64,000 bases of DNA, from the NCBI RefSeq assembly GCF_006345805.1, contig NC_043002.1:7130001-7194000 (forward strand), given 5' to 3'. A program made the translations under genes and the position numbers. Positions 24,493 to 36,660 of this stretch are shown piece after piece. Source of the DNA: Octopus sinensis. Taxonomy: Eukaryota. Under the pieces are notes generated by a model that did no database searches, was not told the origin of the DNA, and worked only from the letters and a program-made list of their open reading frames with translations. The stretch's first letter is position 1. Each line of letters begins with the position of its first letter.

Positions 24493-24495
<3 letters not shown>

Positions 24496-24633
24496 GTGTG
24501 CTTGTGAGACCAACACAAGAAAAGTGTTCAAAGCAAACCTTTAAGCCACCAACCCTGTTATCGCGAGCACTTTTCGTAAGCGAATTTAATTAGCCATGAG
24601 CGACGTCGTGTTACTCTTTATGTAGAATATAAT

Positions 24634-24747
24634 ATGCCAGTGGATTTTGCATGTGGCTTGTGTAACAAACTGCGTTGTTCTGCAGATGGATTAAAACGTC
24701 ATTTCAAAGTATGCCACCCAAATGAACAAATTACAGCAGAAATGTGA
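24634..24747 (+). CDS. 37-codon ORF (or terminal exon) encoding one C2H2 zinc finger
   Basis: MPVDFACGLCNKLRCSADGLKRHFKVCHPNEQITAEM* fits F-x-C-x2-C-x12-H-x4-H with the conserved Leu. Possible splice acceptor ttactctttatgtAG ending at 24625. Confidence 0.5.
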   Translation: MPVDFACGLCNKLRCSADGLKRHFKVCHPNEQITAEM

Positions 24748-25023
24748 AATGTTTTACTCGGCTGTGCTTCCTTCGAAAGCCATTTGATTCCAAATTTCAA
24801 AGAAAGAAAAAAAACACTCGGGATAGAAACCTAGTTATACACACGCATATATGCATCCATACATATATATACATGCATATATTCATGCATACATAGCAAA
24901 TGTGTGTGTGCGTGCGCACACGCGCATGTATGTGTCTGTCTGTGAGTGTGAGTGTGTAGTATATAAAGTATGTTATACAATTTGTGCATATATATATATA
25001 TATGCATATATATATATGTGTGC

Positions 25024-25054
<31 letters not shown>

Positions 25055-25061
25055 ATATATA

Positions 25062-26377
25062 GGATCTTTTCCTTTTCATCGCCAGATTTCAACATAATTT
25101 CTAGTCAACTAAACACTTTAAAACTTCGTATACTGGTAGAATGTGTCAAAAGAAAACATTATTTTCACTTGACTTTTTTGATAAATTTGTAATTCGTTTG
25201 TTTAACGTAGTTTAATTTTTCGAATTTTAACCAATCCTATGCTCTCTATTGAACTGAAATCATTTGCTGCGTTATCGATATTGATAAACAAACGAGGAGG
25301 GTTGCGTTGGCATGTGCTAGAAACAACAGCCATATCTCTTAAATCGATGAATTTCGTCGCCCAATAAAAATATTAACGATATTTTTTGAATATTTTCTTT
25401 ATTTTTTTCTTACCAAAAAGGCTTCTCCCATGGTTTTGAAGGGCTAAAAACAACAAAAACAACACAATAATATGCCTAAATCGGTCTAGAGTGGGATTTG
25501 AGGGTGCGTGAGTGTGGGTCATATTGTAAAAATTTGCGAAATATTTTTTCATAAAAGGATGCCCCAGCTTGTCGGAGGCTGTGATATAAATTGGGAAAAA
25601 AATCCTCGACACCAGTGCGTAATTGGTACTTAATTTATCGACCCCGAAACGATGAAACATTGATCCCCCATTTCTGGTTTATTTACCTTTTGTGTAAATT
25701 TGTTCCGGCAAGGGGCTCTATCGACACCAGTGCGTGCGTGCGTAACTGGTACTTAATTTATCCCTAACCCTAACCCTAAACCTAACCCCTAACCCTAAAC
25801 CTAACCCCTAAACCTAACCCTAACCCTATCTCGGGACAGCCTTCCGGCATCGGTCGCTAGCTTTGGTTAGGTTTAGGGCTAGAGGTTAGGTTCTGGGTTA
25901 GGGGTTAGGTTTTGGTTTATGGTTAGGGTTAGCGTTAGAGTTAGGGATAAATTAAGTACCAGTTACGTACTGGGGCCGGTCTAAACAACGACTGTAATTC
26001 GTTATCGATATTGATAAATAAACGTGAATTTACTAATAATCGTAAAGAAAAAATTTACTAATAATCGTAAAGAAAAAAAATCCCACAGTGGGGCAGGTAG
26101 GTTAGCCTGATATCGAACTCACGAACGCTACATTACGAACAAAATGGATGTTGTCTCAGTTTTTAGAAGCAGCAAATGATTTCAGCTCAAAAGAGAGCAT
26201 AGGATTGGTTAAAATTCGAAAAATTAAACTACGTTAAACAAACGAATTACAAATTTATCAAAAAAGCCAAGTGAAAATAATGTTTTCTTTTGACACATTC
26301 TACCAGTATACGAAGTTTTAAAGTGTTTAGTTAACTAGAAATTGTGTTGAAATCTGGCTATCAAAAGGAAAAGATCC
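25062..26377. mobile_element. 1.3-kb foldback element with ~210-bp inverted termini, flanked by TA
   Basis: Arm 25062-25270 (ggatcttttcc...catttgctgc) is the near-exact reverse complement of 26169-26377. Both ends abut TATA. Confidence 0.85.
25762..25946. repeat. Interstitial telomere-like repeats: (CCCTAA)n - 36-bp spacer - (TTAGGG)n
   Basis: C-rich tract 25762-25828; more degenerate G-rich tract 25865-25946. Confidence 0.85.
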
Positions 26378-26439
26378 TATATACTATACTCTTTTATTGG
26401 TTCCAGCTCAAAACTGCGACCATGCTGGAGTACCACCGT

Positions 26440-27420
26440 TTTGTTACTCTGTAATTATTGAGAGGCTCCTCTGATGTTTGGCATTTGGTCAATGCTTCCT
26501 TTGGGCTGTATGTCTCTGATTACTTTTGGTCCATACATAGACAGCTCTATTATGTCGGCGTCACTTTCGCATTATAAACGATGTCAATATTGTTTGTGAA
26601 GCAGAGATTCAATATGTTATCTGCCCTTGGTCGGAGCAAAATTCGCTCCATGAATAGGGCATTGGTGAGGCTGAGCAGAGATCCATCTGTATTTGTTTGC
26701 AATGAGTCATTCCTGAGCGCATGAGGCCCTTCAGGCCATTTGACACTGGTGGAGTTAATATCACCCATATGAAACACACTCACGTGATGTTTCAGTTTCA
26801 TGGGGGTTCCTCTTGTTCTCGTGAGGCAATCTTAAACCATGTGGTTTGTGGTTTAAAGCATCCGGTGGGCGATATGCTTTGCATATGACTATATTGTGTT
26901 GTCTTATGTATACAACTTGAGTGTCACATACTGAATTTGAATATGACAGTAGGACCTGGGGCGTGAGATCCTCACGGATGTATACGGCAACTCCACCATA
27001 GCTCCTTTCCCTTCTGTCCGTTCACTTCTGCAACCTTTATGTCAGGCCTACGATGAGTTCCCAAGAGTGCTATGCATAGGGCTTCATTACATGCAGCAAG
27101 GTCTCTCAGAAAAAAAGATTTAGCTTTTATTGTTGTGAGGAACATGCCTCCAATATTTAGTAAAAACATTGGCGTGACGACTGTGTAGGCGTTAGGGAAG
27201 GCCACCCCGTGTCTGTTGATTGTGGTGGTCTTGTGCAACGGTGGGCACGGTTTCTAGTTTGATGTAGCTAGGTCAGTTGCTGCGCAATCTTTTGCGCTAT
27301 GCACAAAAAAGAATCTTTCTAGGCTGCTGCCTTTTGCATAACATCTTAAAAGCGCACTGCATTTGCTTTACACTTTCTCTTTGGAGATGATTGGTGCCTT
27401 TCCTCTGGGAGTTATAAAGT
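26440..27420 (-). mobile_element. CR1/L2-like LINE 5' fragment (APE endonuclease, degenerate)
   Basis: Minus-strand pieces NIGG...KAKSFFLRDLAACNEALCIAL..TH and MGDINSTSVKW...LFMERILLRP-RADNILNLCFTNN...VTPT match APE motifs (GDFN, LDL). Confidence 0.8.
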
Positions 27421-27775
27421 GGTTGTATAATGACTTAACGAGTCATTCAATTAAAAATAAATAAATAAAATGATAACATTTCTAGAAAGAAATAAACTCA
27501 ACGGTGCTAATGAACTGTATTAGTAATTCGACCGGATTCCATTTTCTCAGAACACCAGCTATAATATCATGCATACTGGATAGAAATACTTAAAATTGTG
27601 AGTGAAAATTATAAGCGAAATATTTAACATAACAAACTTTTATCCTCTATTCCACTGATAACAGTAAAATCCGTATTTCCAAGTAAACTAACTTTAAAAA
27701 ATAAGTGATTTCAGTTTTGCAAAAATACCTAAATACGTAAGTTTATTTGTCTCTTGTGTGCCATGAGACATGTGA

Positions 27776-27819
<44 letters not shown>

Positions 27820-27823
<4 letters not shown>

Positions 27824-28210
27824 GAACGAATGGAGTCGAACGACAATTTTAACAAAATTCCTTTACCCTCGACACATGTTTCGAAGGCTGCATATTCCTA
27901 ATTCCGAAGGAATAAATGGTGCATTATGCCGCCATCTCATCAGGAAAGACAAGGAACTTATGTCAGCACTATGAAGAGCAAAAACTTTTAGATGACTGTG
28001 TCGAGAGTAAAGGAATTTTTGTTAAAATCGTCGTTCGACTCCATTCTTTCATTTATTCATAGTTTAAAAAAACACACAAATTTACCCGCGAGAACACGGG
28101 ATCCCTGCCAATGGCACATAGCTTCAACCGTGTTTTCTGATGTGAATTTGCTACCCAGGTATCGGTTAACCGAATTATCCATACTAGGATAATTCATTCA
28201 CCTTCTTAAA
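27820..28210. mobile_element. Hammerhead-bearing, (TA)n-embedded repeat unit: inverted partial copy (-, 27820-27998) plus + copy (27997-28210)
   Basis: Homologous to 28326-28699 and 53135-53644; bounded by (TA)n on both sides. Confidence 0.8.
27858..27956 (-). ncRNA. Type I hammerhead ribozyme
   Basis: Reverse complement: UUCCUUGUCUUUC-CUGAUGA-long helix II-GAAAC-AUGU-GUC-GAGGGUAAAGGAA. Confidence 0.78.
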
Positions 28211-28295
28211 TATATATATATATATATATATATATTTAGCAATTAAGGACAACTACTTAATAATCCATACTAGGATAATTCATTCACCTTCTTAA

Positions 28296-28325
<30 letters not shown>

Positions 28326-28327
<2 letters not shown>

Positions 28328-28697
28328 TTGAGTAGTTGAATGAATTATCTTATTAAGGATAATTCGAAAGATAACCGATATCTGGGTAGAAAATTCACAT
28401 CAGAAAGAACACCGTTGAAGCTACGTCCCTAGGGCATAGACTACGTGTCTTCGTGCGGAAATTTGTATGCTTATTTTAAAATTATAAGTATATGAAAGAA
28501 TGGAGTTGAACGACTAGTTAACAAATATCCTTTATTCTCGACATATGTTTCGAAGGCTGCATATTCCTAATTCCGAAGGAATAAGGAGTACATTATGCAG
28601 ATTTCTCATCAGGAAAATCAAGGAACTTATGTCGACATCAAAATGCACAAAAAACGTTTAGCTGACAGCTCTCAAGGAGCCCATGGCGATAATCGCC

Positions 28698-28699
<2 letters not shown>
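28326..28699 (-). mobile_element. ~370-bp hammerhead-bearing unit (retrozyme or Penelope pseudo-LTR-like)
   Basis: Both ends on (TA)n; 5' end forms the hairpin atggcgat-a-atcgccat; central hammerhead. Confidence 0.82.
28528..28625 (-). ncRNA. Type I hammerhead ribozyme
   Basis: Reverse complement: UCCUUGAUUUUC-CUGAUGA-GAA..CUGCAUA..UAUUCCU/AGGAAUA..UGCAG..UUC-GAAAC-AUAU-GUC-GAGAAUAAAGGA. Confidence 0.82.
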
Positions 28700-28731
<32 letters not shown>

Positions 28732-28732
28732 A

Positions 28733-28794
<62 letters not shown>

Positions 28795-29158
28795 GTGACG
28801 TATTTTTGCCATTTCAATATGGCTAACCCCTAAGGGTGGATGCTACTGTAGTTTTTAGCCCCAGGAGAACACACTCCTCAGCTGGCCATAGACACACTAT
28901 CTGTGTCCTGTCAGTATTTGCAAAGGGAAGTCATCCTTGTAAAAGTTATATATATATATATATATACAGAGTAAAAGAGGGGGGAAGATAGATAGACAAG
29001 TGTATGTAAGTGTGTTTCTTTGTGTGCACGAATGGATGAATAGATGGATGTGTGTAGGTATGTGTATGTATATCACTGTTTGTAAGGGTACGTGTATATG
29101 CACACATATGTGGCCTTGTGAATATATACACATACAAACGTGTGTGTGTGATTCTGTC

Positions 29159-29195
<37 letters not shown>

Positions 29196-29580
29196 AGCAA
29201 CGCAAGCATTATTAGTTCAAAATGGCTTTCTGTATATCTTATTTGACGTCGATATATTGTTGAAAGCTCGAAAACTTCAAGCATCTCGTATAGACGTATA
29301 GTGCTAAAAAGTACAGAAGCATATCATTAGCTCACGAAAAGCAACCAGCAACAGCGGGGGAATTGCAAACTCTAAATTCTTGTTTCTATGAGCATCGTCA
29401 GTAGCAAGCGTCCACTATAAACCACATGCTTAGACAAATTTATCATATACTATAAAATCCACTGATATAGAAAAACTGTGATTAACAAATCAATGGTGTT
29501 GTAAATAGCTGGCAGACAAGATAGAAAGTCACTATAAGTAACAGTAGCAGTATTGGTTCAGAGTAGCATTCTGTTTACCA

Positions 29581-30000
29581 GCGGCGAGCTGGCAGAAACG
29601 TTAGCACGCCGGGCGAAATGCTTAGCGGTATTTCGTCTGTCTTTACGTTCTGAGTTCAAATTCCGCCGAGGTCGACTTCGCCTTTCATCCTTTCGGGGTC
29701 GATAAATAAAGTACCAGTTACTCACTGGGATCGATGTAATCGACTTAATCCGTTTGTCTGTCCTTGTTTGTCCCCTCTATGTTTTGCCCTTTGTGGGTAG
29801 TAAAGAAATAGGTATTTCGTCTGCCGTTACGTTCTGAGTTCAAATTCCGCCGAAGTCGACTCTGCCTTTCATCCTTTCGGGGTCGATTAAATAAGTACCA
29901 GTTACGCACCGGGGTCGATATAATCGACTTAATCCGTTTAACTGTCCTTGTTTGTCCCCTCTGTGTTTAGCCCCTTGTGGGTAGTAAAGAAATAGGTATC
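29581..30000 (+). mobile_element. SINE family A dimer
   Basis: Full copy joined at aaagaaataGGTATTTCgtctg (~29811) to a 5'-truncated copy. Confidence 0.9.
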
Positions 30001-30029
30001 TAATAGCTATCTCCTGTTCTTGAACGATG

Positions 30030-32000
30030 TATGTATATACTTCTAGGTGATATTACTGTCGTTCTCTAGCTTGCGGGGTAAGTACTCATGCATTGTCTGC
30101 CGATGAGAAATATTAATCATCCAAGTCTCTGTATAAATTGATCAACAGTCCAGCCACTCCTAGCTGACATGAAGCAGCTATAAATTCGGAGCCCTTGTCC
30201 AGTTCTCCGCCTAAGCTTAACAGGTTATTGTCTTCAATACTGAGTATGTAGGAGATGCATCATTTCTCTCTTTGTTGTTCAGTAGTTTTTGACACAATAT
30301 GACGCTCGAAATTGATCTCATGTTTCTAACTCCATTCCTCCGCTTGACATAGATTCTGCCATTGTCACTGTTGATGTGGAAGTTATCAGCCATTGATGAT
30401 ATCTTTTTAGTCCGGATGCATCCAATTTCTTCAAATGCCCAACCCAACACCCCAGATGTTGTTACTAGCAGAGGCACACTTAGTAGGATATATTCGTAGT
30501 TTTATAAAATGCGAACAGCTTTAACTTTTGTATCTTCTTTTGTCATTAAGGCGTAGGAGTGGCTGTGTGGTAAGTAGCTTGCTTACCAACCACATGGTTC
30601 CGGGTTCAGTCCCACTGCGTGGCACCTTGGCCAAGTGTCTTCTACTATAGCCTCGAGCTGACCAAAGCCTTGTGAGTGGATTTGGTAGACGGAAACTTAA
30701 AGAAGCCCGTCGTATATATGTATATATATATATGTGCGTGTTTGTGTGTCTGTGTTTGTCCCACTAGCATCGCTTGATAACCGATGCTGGTGTGTTAAAG
30801 TCCCCGTCACTTAGCGGTTCGGCAAAAAAGAGACCGATAAAATAAGTACTGGGCTTACAAAGAATAAGTCCCGGGGTCGATTTGCTCGACTAAAGGCGGT
30901 GCTCCAGCATGGCCACAGTCACATGACTGAAACAAGTAAAAGAGCAAAAGAGCATGGCTTTATCCATTGCACCAACATACACAGTAATCTCGTCAAGTCC
31001 AAGGTCTTATAACATTCATCCCTAATGATATGGGAGACAAAGCAGTCCCTGATATTCATATTCCTTCCCTTGTCGTCAGTCAGTCTTCGCTCGAATATTG
31101 AATATGAACTTTTTTTTTTTACTCACCAAACTCCGTTCCTATTTCCCAAGAGAATGTTGCAATTAATTCCAACTACTTCTTGGCGTCATGAATATCACTC
31201 GAGTATAGCTTAAGATCATCAACAAATGGGTGTGGGTGAAATTCGTATTACTTTCATCTATCTGCACCTCTTATCATGCAGGCTTTGTATTTGAACCCCT
31301 GGTCGGCAGTTTTACGTGACTGACAAGAGTTTCAAAGGCATTAAAGACAAGTTGTCAGCCAGAAATATTACTTCGATAGCCTAATTCTGTTAATGACTAT
31401 AATGGCAGCCTCAACTCATAGCAATAATTCTCTGGTCTATGTAGTTGTTAGACTCTTAATGGCATTGATTGTAGCAGTTGGAAGCTTAACAAGACTTTTC
31501 ATTTGTCTAGCCTGTCAGCATGTTCTGACGGTACTGTTTTACTTCCTTAAGAACAGTTATGTTAATGAGGAGTGGTTCAGCACAATTCTGGACGCCTTTC
31601 TTTCCTTCTGCCTGCTCTTTAAATTACCAAAATGTGTGTTTTTATTGTGATCCTAGATCAATGCATTTAAGCAACCTGTATATAGTTTCAAGGACGCAAT
31701 GGGCCTTTAATATTTAACCACTTCAATCCCTTGATATTGAGTTATTTATGTTGTGTGTGTAACTGCTAATCAGTCTGGTATATCAATCTCAGCGTTTATT
31801 TCTTCTTTTGAACAAGTTATCGATGACTGATTTGTAGGAGGTGAGCTTTCTATAACTTTTCTATAACCGAATTTCAGGTCGCTCTCAAGTGATTTCCCGT
31901 TCAGCAGTTTTGCAGCAATCATCGGGGAAGTATTATTAAGGATACACTTTTCGAGAGATGCGTTTGCACAGTACTCATTCTGTGGCTCACCTAACCTCAT
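30030..32000 (-). mobile_element. Degenerate R4/Dong LINE reverse-transcriptase region, interrupted by a SINE
   Basis: Minus-strand fragments GC.EPLLINITVLKEVKQYRQN, FVDDLKLYSSD...LELIATFS.EIG.EFG, YK.LGLDE, and W..EEI...MADNFHINSDNGRIYVKRRNG, all typical of R4/Dong RT. Confidence 0.85.
30550..30952 (+). mobile_element. CORE-type SINE family B inserted into the Dong RT
   Basis: Complete family B consensus. Confidence 0.92.
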
Positions 32001-32117
32001 TGAACCTTAGTCGTGTAGTTTGATTACATTCTCAGTCCTCCTGCACAACGATCAATGATGTCCAAAATGTAGGAATTTTAAAGCCCTGCTAACTCTTCTT
32101 TAGGTGTATACACCTAG

Positions 32118-32521
32118 TTCTTTACTACCCCAAGGGACCAAACACAGAGAGGACTAACAAGGAGAGACAAACGGATTAAGTTTATTATATCGACCCCAGT
32201 GCGTAACTGGTACTTATTTAATCGACCCCTAAAGGATGAAAGGCAATGTCGATCTCGGCGGAATTTGAACTCAGAACGTAGAGGCAGACGAAATACGGCA
32301 AAGCATTTTGCCCGACGTCCTAATGATTCTGCCAGCTCGCCGCCTTTGAAAAAAACAATTTCTTTACTATGCACAAGGGGCTAAACACAGAAGGGGCAAA
32401 CATGGACAGACAAAAGGATTAAGTCGATTATATAGACCCCAGTGCGTAACTGGTACTTATTTAATCGACCCCGAAAGGATGAAGGACAAAGTAAACCTCG
32501 GCGGAATTTGAACTGAGAACG
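32118..32521 (-). mobile_element. Two adjacent SINE family A copies (32118-32344 full; 32358-32521 truncated)
   Basis: Consensus match. Confidence 0.88.
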
Positions 32522-33029
32522 TTCCACCGTGGATAACATAAACTAAATCGGTTTTCTTTCAATTCCTGTAGTAATTGTTCTCTCATGTAATTGATGGTTA
32601 ATTTAGATGGTGGAATTTTGTTTGAATTTTGCTGGGAAAAGGTTTTTTGGCTGTTTGTATCCTCCATAGATGCAGGAGTGGCTGTGTGCGGAGAAACTTG
32701 CTTCTCAACCACATGGTTCAGGGTTCGGTCCCACTCCGTGAAGACACTCGCAAATATAGGAATATATACATGTCCACATACATACACATAGTTAAGTGAG
32801 CAAAGATACCCATTTTGACTTTCGAGACAATGTATGTATAAGTACATAAGTATATATGTTGATCGCTGTATGTATATGTGTATACAGATGTATACGTATG
32901 TATATGTATATATAGATGCCTAGATATATGTATGTATATATGCGTGCGTGTGAACGTGAAAATATGTATTTATGTATTGATATTTATGTATTTATGTATT
33001 GATATGTGTACGTATACATGACAACACAC

Positions 33030-33092
33030 ACCGTCACTCACTCTCTCTTTTTCTCTCTCTGTCTTCCTCTCTCTCTCTCTTTCGCTCTCTCC

Positions 33093-33135
<43 letters not shown>
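33030..33135. repeat. (CT)n microsatellite
   Basis: Directly visible. Confidence 0.95.
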
Positions 33136-34275
33136 ACACTCACACGTCCATTTCATACACACGTACATACATCTTTCACTTTAAACCAAAAGAAAATGAA
33201 TAAGATTTTTTATACGGAAATTATCGGAAATTATACGGAAATTATCGAACACCAAAGCGAAAGATCACCATTCACTTGAAAATAATTTTTAAAAAACACG
33301 TTAAAATATTGACTGTTTAAAGAAAGCTAATATATAAATACTTACTGTACAAACAACTTACATTTTTGAAATCACATTCAGTCAAAAATATTTCTAAATT
33401 ATTAAAATACTGTGTTTGTCAAAACGTCGATGTTATTTTTTCTTAAAGAGCGTGAAAATTGTGTGTATATGACGCAGATAGCGGACTTGCGTTTGTATTG
33501 ATTGACACGCTATGACATTCATTATATGTGTGTGTATTCTGTATATGTGTGTGTGTGTGTTGACGTCACGGATGCCATGTTTTTTCGTCAAGAAATAACA
33601 GACAAAAATTATGTTTAATCGTTTTCATTAATACTTAGAGGTCCAAATATCACAAAAATTATATTCCTCTGCCGAAGGTAAGTATGAAAATAAATATGCA
33701 AATAAAGAAAAAAGAATAATATATACTATTTCTGAGATATTTCGGGTACACACAAACATCTCTAGAGTTTTATTATTTTTAAGATTGTAATTTTGATGGT
33801 TAAAGGGGTTAACAGCTAATTTTCTCTCGATCAACACTGTCTGTTGGCAAAGTTAGGCACTGCACTGACCTTGGAGTAATTATTATTTTTTAGGTTCAAA
33901 TCATTCATCATCTTTTTCATGTAACCTATCGAGGAAGAGATCTCCCCTAGCCCTTGTATAGAACTTATACAAGCTTTGGTTCAGTTCAAAGGTCCGTTCA
34001 AATTTCACTCTAGAGGTCCAGCCACGGTGTTTATAGTAATTATCCCGTATGTTGAATTCCAGTCCATTTTCTCCGCTTTATTACTGCTATACTTTTCTAT
34101 AAAATAAAGTGCTTCTTCGCGTTTTTTTCCAAAGAAAGCGACCAATTATTTTTTTCAGCAGGCTTGTGTCAATGACAAAAGTTCTTGGAGATAATGTCGT
34201 TATAGAATGCTGAAAAATCTCCATATGCTGACGTCACTGCCTTTGATGCCACATGTATGTAAATATATCTATATG

Positions 34276-34312
<37 letters not shown>

Positions 34313-36086
34313 TGTAAAAATTAGTAAATATTGAAATTGCTGAAATACCTTCTTGATGTAAACATCGCAGCTTCAGGAGTCAGCTGTGTATTTTGGTTTC
34401 CTATTTTTACGAAATCTGAAACACTTACCTACATACACTAATTCATACTTTTCCTCACATTTCTGTCTATCACTCTCTCCCTCCTTTTCTTTTTGCTTGT
34501 GTGAGTGTGTATATGCATGTGTGAGTGCGTGCGTGCTCGCGCGCGTGTCTATGCCCGTATCCGTAAGTGTGAGTGCGAAAGGGAGTGGCAGAAAGGCTGA
34601 TAAATGGGTACAGTTTAATTAGTGTATAGTGAAAACGTTAAAGAAGAAAATCTACACAGATACATAAATGAATGAATAGCAGAAATCTCAAAGGCTCGGT
34701 ACTGGGGGAACAAGCAAAAACGGTAAATAAAACACACGCAACGGAAAATGAAATTTAGAACAGAAAAAACAATAGCAACAACAAAACAAACATCAAACCT
34801 AAACGTTAACAATTTCTCATTCTCACAAGTCTGTAAAACTAATTTCGCAATTGTTACCGTTTAAAAACTGTACCCAGTTTTATGTTTACCGGTTATCGAA
34901 ACGTCAAATTTGGATGAGTGAAAATAGTTTGTGCTTCCGCACTATATGTGTCTGCTGTCTGGAATGCGGATAAGAAAGGTTTGCGGTCATAGAAGTTATT
35001 CGAAGGTTTTACTCTAAAGACTGGCGTATATGAAAGAATGAGCAAGAGAAATGGGAAATATTTTTCCGAATTCCAACACTCAACTTCAAATTCTTGCAAT
35101 AGAAATCTATGGAGCAGCACTTTGGTACTTATTCATCTTCATTTACACAACTACCTCAGCAAATGTTCACGAACATGAGTCAAGGTTTTCCTTAGGACTG
35201 CCAAGTAGTGCTTAGGCCCATTTGGCTTCAGTATTCCTGTTCAGTCATCATCTAAAAATGCTCAACGAAAGGAAGTCAAACTCGTACTTATTCTAACAGT
35301 AATATCAAAAAACATAAACCATACAGTCGACACAAACTTCACAAAACATTCAGCTGTCTAGGCGGTGTCCTAACACGACTTTACGTGCCATATTTTAAAA
35401 TAAATTACCGTACTAGAAGATTACAACGTGGTTATAAGGGCTCGCAAATATCAGAACGAGTTGGTGAACTTGCAACTTGACACCTAAAAAGTCAAGTCCA
35501 TACATACCTGTGATGTCTTCTGCAGTTATACCGCAGCTCAAATTCCGCTTCAGATCAGATCTCCAAATAGATAGAAACTAAGAAAAAGCCGAGTTAGGTG
35601 GAAGTGATCAATACCTACATCGCTTCGGTAGACTGAAACCCTGCCACCATTATGTTTTGTCAAAGTAAACACCTGGCCAGATTAATGTGCATGCTCTTTC
35701 AAATCCTGTAGAAGGGACAATTTTGTTGCAAACAACCGCTTCTTGCAAGTCTGAAGTTACTAAGTGGGGATACATTGGCACACGCTGAATCGAAAGCACC
35801 TACAATGATTCGTAAGATTATACTACGAAGGTGATCATGAACCGATGGGCTAACCGTTCATGCAAGTGGCGATCGTCAAAGATTGGTCGTAGATTACTCT
35901 GAAGCGGATGATTACAATAGAATCAATAGAATTGAGCTACTAAATTAAAATAGGCTCTTAGGAAAGACACCGTAACTGATGTGATAACAGCAAGAATGAC
36001 CTTCGACCATTTCTTCAACGCTAAAACGTTTTGCTGCCAAAGCTAAGGCAAGTGCTCTAAGACTCGAAGAAACGAAATCCACTAAA

Positions 36087-36210
36087 GACGGTGAGCTGGC
36101 AGAAGCGTTAGCACACCAGGCGAAACGCCTAGCGGTATTTCGTCTACCGCTATGTTCTGAGTTCAAATTCCGCCGAGTTCGACTTCACCTTTCATTCTTT
36201 CGGGGTCGAA
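36087..36210 (+). mobile_element. SINE family A, 3'-truncated
   Basis: Head and core only. Confidence 0.85.
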
Positions 36211-36254
36211 AGGACTGATGATAGAAACTTTCCTCTTCGGCTAACCCCGCATCG

Positions 36255-36660
36255 ACTTTTTCAAGATCTACTTGAAGAGAAAAGTAAGGGGAGAGGAGTA
36301 AGTGCTATCCGACCTCCTAGTATTGTTGTTGAAGAGTGGGTAAATATGCTGAGAATGACCTGTATGAATGGCAATCTGAACATACCCTTGGAAGCCGGGG
36401 GAATTGAGGAGAGAGGCATCTGATGAGGTACCACTGCCGGTCGGGGTAAGCAGGATGTTTAAAGTTCTTTGGTTGTCCATGGGTGGACTTTACCCCTGTT
36501 GGGAAATTTTTGTTGCTAATTGCTTTTGTTTTATTCTCATACACGAATTTTTGTGCTAAGCCGCACTGTCCCTTATAATGTATTGTCCCTTTTGTTTTGT
36601 GTTCGGCCCCTTGTTTATTGTGATCAGTAAACAAAAGATTATTATTATTATTATTGTTGT
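36255..36660 (+). mobile_element. Probable L1/Tx1-like LINE 3' end
   Basis: FFKIYLKRKVRGE...VEEWVNMLRM-like ORF2 terminus, then a pyrimidine-rich 3' region and an (ATT)n tail. Recognised by resemblance only. Confidence 0.5.

Noticed and set aside
25762-25946. End-to-end telomere fusion scar
   Set aside because: A fusion gives (TTAGGG)n followed by (CCCTAA)n; the order here is the reverse.
28258-28297. 40-bp direct repeats separated by TA-rich spacers (also 33210-33250), superficially array-like
   Set aside because: Only two copies, derived from the 3' end of a repeat unit; eukaryotic context with no cas genes, so not CRISPR.
34874-34914. Hammerhead right half (accggttatcGAAACGTCaaatttgg)
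   Set aside because: No CUGANGA upstream (ttatgtt instead); at most a dead remnant.
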